DNA of 64,000 nucleotides. Origin: a virus. Its lineage: Duplodnaviria > Caudoviricetes. The position numbers and the translations under genes are program-made. Location: the IMG/VR virus record IMGVR_UViG_3300031555_004728, positions 96,001-160,000 of that record; one strand, written 5' to 3'. Below the pieces are notes generated by a model, which was not told where the DNA came from, searched no databases, and saw only the letters and a list, made by a program, of their open reading frames with translations. Every line of letters starts with the position of its first letter. The first letter of the stretch is position 1. This document shows, piece by piece, positions 59,634-64,000 of the stretch.

Positions 59634-59992
59634 AACAAGATTTAGTAAATAGATTACAAACTGTAAATGAAGGATATCATATATTTGAGAATGGTCTTAA
59701 AATATGTTTCGGTACAGGTTATTTCACAACAGTACAAAATGGACAGGTATTGAGTGGATTAATAGAATATCCTATCTCATTCAATAATAATCCTACAACT
59801 GTTATAACAAAAATTATGAGACCTGGTGTAGAAGGTGGTCAATGTGATTTACATTCAAATGTATCATTAATCGGATATAGTGATGGAAGAAAATGCTGGA
59901 TTAGATTTAATGTAAGTATTTCATATTTTGAGAATACAACTTGGATAAATGATAAAAATGTATATGTTTCATATATTGCTATAGGATATTAA
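59627..59992 (+). CDS. Cassette 19: gp53-like fibre tip domain
   Basis: CNQQDLVNRLQTVNEGYHIFENGLKICFG...IEYPISFNNNP...SYIAIGY*. Confidence 0.85.
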   Translation, partial: CNQQDLVNRLQTVNEGYHIFENGLKICFGTGYFTTVQNGQVLSGLIEYPISFNNNPTTVITKIMRPGVEGGQCDLHSNVSLIGYSDGRKCWIRFNVSISYFENTTWINDKNVYVSYIAIGY

Positions 59993-60036
59993 ATAAAAAT
60001 AAAGAGAATAAGCATTTGCTTATTCTCTTTATAATT

Positions 60037-61404
60037 TTACCAATGTATAACTAATGATTGTTTTACATAATTACCTACTTTAACATCGGTAACTTCAGAA
60101 ACAACATCAGAATATTTAACCATTGTTGTAGCATCAAATTCTTCATCTGCTATATCGTCAGCAACTACTAAGAATTTGTCTGGTGTTATATCCCATTCAT
60201 ATTCAGGACAAATAACCCATTCATATGCCATATCATCAGGTAATTCATTACCAGAATCCCCAGTATTGTCTCCACCTGTGTTATCTCCACCGGTTCCTTC
60301 ATTTCCTCCTGTATTATCTCCACCAGTAGAACCTTGATTTCCATCATCTGGTTTATTATCAGGATTTTCATCAGGATTTTGAGTTTCATCATCTGGAATC
60401 ATAGGACAATTTGGATTCCAGCAATCTCCTGGTTTAATAGGCGTATCTCCTGATGATACAGGATGTTTACATCCACATCCTGGTTTAATACCAGGTTTCA
60501 TAAATGGAGGCATCGGTCTATTTCCTGGACATGGTGGTCTATTAACAATAGGATCAAATGGTGAGCAACAACCATTGAAATCTTCGAATTCTGATGGTGC
60601 ATCAGATTCTGTTCCACCATTATTCTGAATAACTCTCCAAATTTCTGTATCATCAGCAACAGCACAAAATTGATTAATAAGTGCTTCAACAGATACAAAA
60701 ATAGTATTTGGAAGATAGTTTAATTTTTGCACTGGAATTGTAATTCCATAATATTCTGTATCAAGTAATACTACAGAATGCTTTGTAATTGAATTTACAG
60801 TACCTGAATTGTATGCAAATGTTGTATTCTGTCCAGAGATACCAAGATTTCTAATATAATATTCACTACCAGAATCTGTAAGATTTGCATATATTTTAAC
60901 GCTATTGATTTTAAAATATATACCTCTTGGAATTGGGTCCATTACACCATAAGTACTTCCATTGATTCTTGTAATAGCAAATTTCTTTTTCAAGTATTCT
61001 GCTTTTCTGTATGGAAGCATATTTGTGATAGGATCTGGATCAAGTAATACATTTACCTCATCAGCATCTGTTTCAATATATCTAATACCAGCATCTAAAA
61101 TAACACCATTTGTATCAGTAATTTGATAATCAAGTGCTACCTTAAATGAGAAATATAAAGTATTAATATAATTAATACCTGTTTGTGCAAGATAATTTAA
61201 AATCTTAGCATATAATACTTCATTAGGTTCTTCTTTATAAAAATCCATAGTATTGATTCTTATACATGATGTCAAAGAACGTTCAGATGTATTTTCTTTA
61301 ACATATGTTGAAGATTGAAATGGATTTATAACTTTAGGTTCTACTTTAGTCTTAGTAGACATTCTGTAGACTTTATCTCCAAAAAAACCATATAAATTAG
61401 ACAT
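60037..61404 (-). CDS. Hypothetical structural protein with Pro/Cys-rich and GGDNT-repeat linker
   Basis: 455 aa; overlaps rusA stop by 8 bp. Confidence 0.75.
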   Translation of the reverse strand: MSNLYGFFGDKVYRMSTKTKVEPKVINPFQSSTYVKENTSERSLTSCIRINTMDFYKEEPNEVLYAKILNYLAQTGINYINTLYFSFKVALDYQITDTNGVILDAGIRYIETDADEVNVLLDPDPITNMLPYRKAEYLKKKFAITRINGSTYGVMDPIPRGIYFKINSVKIYANLTDSGSEYYIRNLGISGQNTTFAYNSGTVNSITKHSVVLLDTEYYGITIPVQKLNYLPNTIFVSVEALINQFCAVADDTEIWRVIQNNGGTESDAPSEFEDFNGCCSPFDPIVNRPPCPGNRPMPPFMKPGIKPGCGCKHPVSSGDTPIKPGDCWNPNCPMIPDDETQNPDENPDNKPDDGNQGSTGGDNTGGNEGTGGDNTGGDNTGDSGNELPDDMAYEWVICPEYEWDITPDKFLVVADDIADEEFDATTMVKYSDVVSEVTDVKVGNYVKQSLVIHW

Positions 61405-62011
61405 ACGATTTTCTTCCTTTCTTTTTTATTTTCTTTTTATTAAACTCAGAATCAAAATCTTCCATATATTCTATAGTGATTTCAATTCGAGGTTTCCATG
61501 AATAATATTTTGATGATGTTCCTTCAACTATTAATTTATCATCATCTAAAATTACATCTTGTAACATGTCTGAATATGTTTTAACCAAATTATCAAAATC
61601 TGGTTTACTAACAGGTCTAATAAAACCTTTTTCAGCAAGTATTTGATCTGTCGAATTCATACTTTTAGGTATTGGTAAGTATGATGTACAGTGAAATTTA
61701 CAAGGTGTATCTATATATGGTAAATCCATATCTCTTATTGCTCTTTGGAAAAAGACTTTATTATCTTTAGCACCCTTGACATAAAAGAATGAACCATTAG
61801 CAGTTGATCTTGGTCTTGGGGTTGCTTTTGGTAAAAGATAAATCACAAATGTCTCTGATTTCCAATTAATTAAATTTATTCGTTTCATTTCAGAAAATAC
61901 ATCTCTTTTAAGTCTATTTATTTGATGTTCAGACAAAAAATCTGATAATCGTTTAGAACTATCTCTTGATATATTTCCATATTCTGATTCGTATTCTTTT
62001 TCTAATTTCAT
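61397..62011 (-). CDS. rusA: RusA-like Holliday junction resolvase
   Basis: PKATPRPR; KPDFDNLVKTYSDML...DDKLIV. Confidence 0.85.
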   Translation of the reverse strand: MKLEKEYESEYGNISRDSSKRLSDFLSEHQINRLKRDVFSEMKRINLINWKSETFVIYLLPKATPRPRSTANGSFFYVKGAKDNKVFFQRAIRDMDLPYIDTPCKFHCTSYLPIPKSMNSTDQILAEKGFIRPVSKPDFDNLVKTYSDMLQDVILDDDKLIVEGTSSKYYSWKPRIEITIEYMEDFDSEFNKKKIKKKGRKSYV

Positions 62012-62025
62012 TTTTGAACTTCCTT

Positions 62026-63537
62026 TTATAGTGTTACAAAGCCAGAAAAGGCTTTTTCTATCTTATCTCCAATGTATGATTTAAAGTTATTATCAATATC
62101 TTTTACACCAGCTGTAAAGTTATTTAAATTCATAGCTAACTTCTTCTCTAGTTGTGGTGATATTAAATCCAAACCAGAAACTGTTGCAAGATAATCAATA
62201 AGTGATGTATTATTAGCAAATAACTCTTTATCTGTAGATGGTGACATCTGTAAATCAGAATATAAATCTTTTATTCTTATTTGAACATCAACTTCCATAG
62301 GGAGTCCATCTACTGACCATGCATCTTCTGATACAGGTTTTGTTATTTGTACAGATTCCACAATTCCAAGATTGCAGTTAAATACACCTGGAAAATATGC
62401 TTTGATTAAGAATGGAGAACCATAAGTATTTGATGTTGATTGTCTTGGTAATACCAATCCTAATATATGAAGCATTGGAGCAATAACATCCATAAAAACA
62501 GAATATTTATTTCCATATGGTGATTTTAAATGAATATCAACTGTATAGTCAATCCCATATTCAGAACTTTGATAAATATCTGGTAAAATAACATTTGCAC
62601 CATGAATTATCTGTGATCCTACACCTAAAATTCTGTTTACTGATGATGCTATTTTATCATCTGTATCTTCATTAATAAGAGCATCTAACATTCCAGTTGT
62701 TAACTGGTCTACATTTCCCATTGCATTTTGAAATGCTTCTCCACCAGCAGTATTTGTAAGCCATTGGAATTCTCTAACGGTTTGAGATAAACCATCCATT
62801 GTACCTTTTATACTAGACGGTCCAGTCGTATTTGACATTGATTGTGATGCACCTGATGTAGGGTCTACATAAAACTGAACAAAATTATTTGTTGCTGTTA
62901 TTCCTGCAGTACCACTATCATTTTTATCAAAATCAAAATTTACTAATGAACCAGATCTCAACCCATTTACTACATTAGGTATATATTGGGTTATTGTGCC
63001 AATAGTTGAATTCCAAGCATATTTAGCAACTGCACCTGCAGCACTTTTATATGTCTCTCTATTCCATCTATAATTTTTCCAATCATATGTTTGAAATGTT
63101 TCTTTTTTACCACCAACATCAATGTATTCATGTATTTCAAGAAATGTTGCTACAGTTCTACACATGATGTTTACACATTTCATATATTCAACATAATCTT
63201 CTTCAAAATCATAAAATCTTAATTTATCAAATTTACTAGCTACGTTATTTGTAGCATTATTGTCAGTAGCATTTGCTATAAAACTTATATTACCATTAGC
63301 ATTTTCTAATAACATATGTGCTGTACTATTTTTATTAGTAGCATTTGGTAAAAACTTAGCCTTACCAGGTATAAAAATAACTGTTGGGGCATCAGTTATA
63401 ATTCTTTTTACAAAGTTAGTACCTATAACACTAGAAACTGTCGGTATTCTAGGGTCTACGGTTTCTATAAATTGATAAGGAAGTCCAAATAATCTCATAC
63501 TATTTGAACACGAACTTTTTGAATTGTCGCTAGCCAT
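62026..63537 (-). CDS. Putative baseplate/tail structural protein
   Basis: Start moved to MASDNS (AAGGAGG SD); late motif at 63587; C-terminal beta-rich DGLPMEVDVQIRIKDL. Confidence 0.65.
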   Translation of the reverse strand: MASDNSKSSCSNSMRLFGLPYQFIETVDPRIPTVSSVIGTNFVKRIITDAPTVIFIPGKAKFLPNATNKNSTAHMLLENANGNISFIANATDNNATNNVASKFDKLRFYDFEEDYVEYMKCVNIMCRTVATFLEIHEYIDVGGKKETFQTYDWKNYRWNRETYKSAAGAVAKYAWNSTIGTITQYIPNVVNGLRSGSLVNFDFDKNDSGTAGITATNNFVQFYVDPTSGASQSMSNTTGPSSIKGTMDGLSQTVREFQWLTNTAGGEAFQNAMGNVDQLTTGMLDALINEDTDDKIASSVNRILGVGSQIIHGANVILPDIYQSSEYGIDYTVDIHLKSPYGNKYSVFMDVIAPMLHILGLVLPRQSTSNTYGSPFLIKAYFPGVFNCNLGIVESVQITKPVSEDAWSVDGLPMEVDVQIRIKDLYSDLQMSPSTDKELFANNTSLIDYLATVSGLDLISPQLEKKLAMNLNNFTAGVKDIDNNFKSYIGDKIEKAFSGFVTL

Positions 63538-63607
63538 AATTACCTCCTTAAACAATAAAAAGTTCATAAGATAGTAAAAACTATCTTATGAACTTGTTTT
63601 CGTAAAT

Positions 63608-64000
63608 TTATAAACCACCACGTGCAATTTGTTCTGCTATGGCGTATTTTTTAGATTTACTTTGTGTATTTTGTGTAGTCTCTGGGGTAGTTGTGTTTCC
63701 ACCGTTTTGAACTACATTTGTAGTTTTATTCACGAAATTTCCCCCATTTTGACTTAGGTTTTTAAGTGCATTTAATGCATTTAACTTATCTGATGACTCT
63801 CCTAGTACAGCAAGAATTTGTGATAAATAATGAATTACTTCATTTAATTCATGAGTACTACGAACTTCATATTTAGATGAAATTAATTTATGTTCAGGTC
63901 TATTTATACCATTCGGTTTAAAGGTTTGTATAGAACTTTGTGTAGGTCCATAACCACCTTTTCCACCAGCCCCACTAAAATAACTTCCTTGGTTAGTTAT
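63608..64000 (-). CDS. Partial CDS (C-terminus; start beyond window)
   Basis: Open frame ending ...YAIAEQIARGGL*. Confidence 0.6.
   Translation of the reverse strand: MTNQGSYFSGAGGKGGYGPTQSSIQTFKPNGINRPEHKLISSKYEVRSTHELNEVIHYLSQILAVLGESSDKLNALNALKNLSQNGGNFVNKTTNVVQNGGNTTTPETTQNTQSKSKKYAIAEQIARGGL

Noticed and set aside
6194-59992. Cassettes as DGR template/variable repeats
   Set aside because: No reverse transcriptase in the window and no cassette pair differing only at adenines.
770-63475. Antisense or nested short ORFs in the track (e.g. 1220, 9988, 17957, 30711, 33735, 51649, 63260)
   Set aside because: They are shadows of longer genes with SD sites and recognisable motifs.
1-64000. Stop-codon reassignment to explain the in-frame TAA before cassettes
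   Set aside because: TAA ends most genes and TAG ends several; core genes are intact under the standard code.
1-64000. tRNA or rRNA genes
   Set aside because: No cloverleaf with a T-loop GTTCRA context or rRNA-like segment was recognised by eye; a tRNAscan run would confirm.

Overview
Strongly AT-rich, gene-dense segment of a jumbo bacteriophage genome, by inference AR9/PBS1/phiKZ-related and infecting a Firmicute. It encodes a multisubunit RNA polymerase beta C-terminal half, a family-B DNA polymerase palm fragment, an SbcC/Rad50-like ATPase, a Dda/RecD-like helicase, RusA, ThyA, a DHH phosphoesterase, baseplate-like proteins, two amidases and many Glu-Ser-motif virion proteins. A RecA/UvsX gene is split by a group I intron carrying an HNH endonuclease. 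The main discovery is 19 copies of an 84-bp imperfect-hairpin repeat dispersed in 11 intergenic sites from 6.5 to 59.6 kb. Each copy is fused in the same reading frame (TAA CAA AAC TGC AAY C..) to a different 97-144 codon cassette; most cassettes have no usable start, and many resemble tail-fibre/receptor-binding tip domains. This looks like a genome-wide silent library for host-range switching. Neither the expression locus nor a recombinase is in the window. Other points: the intron appears to end in A instead of omega-G, a candidate -1 frameshift, a structured ncRNA candidate, two catalytically dead stand-alone Hint domains, a multi-enzyme 1509-aa protein, and an A9-tract frameshift. All family assignments come from motif recognition by eye; no searches were run.
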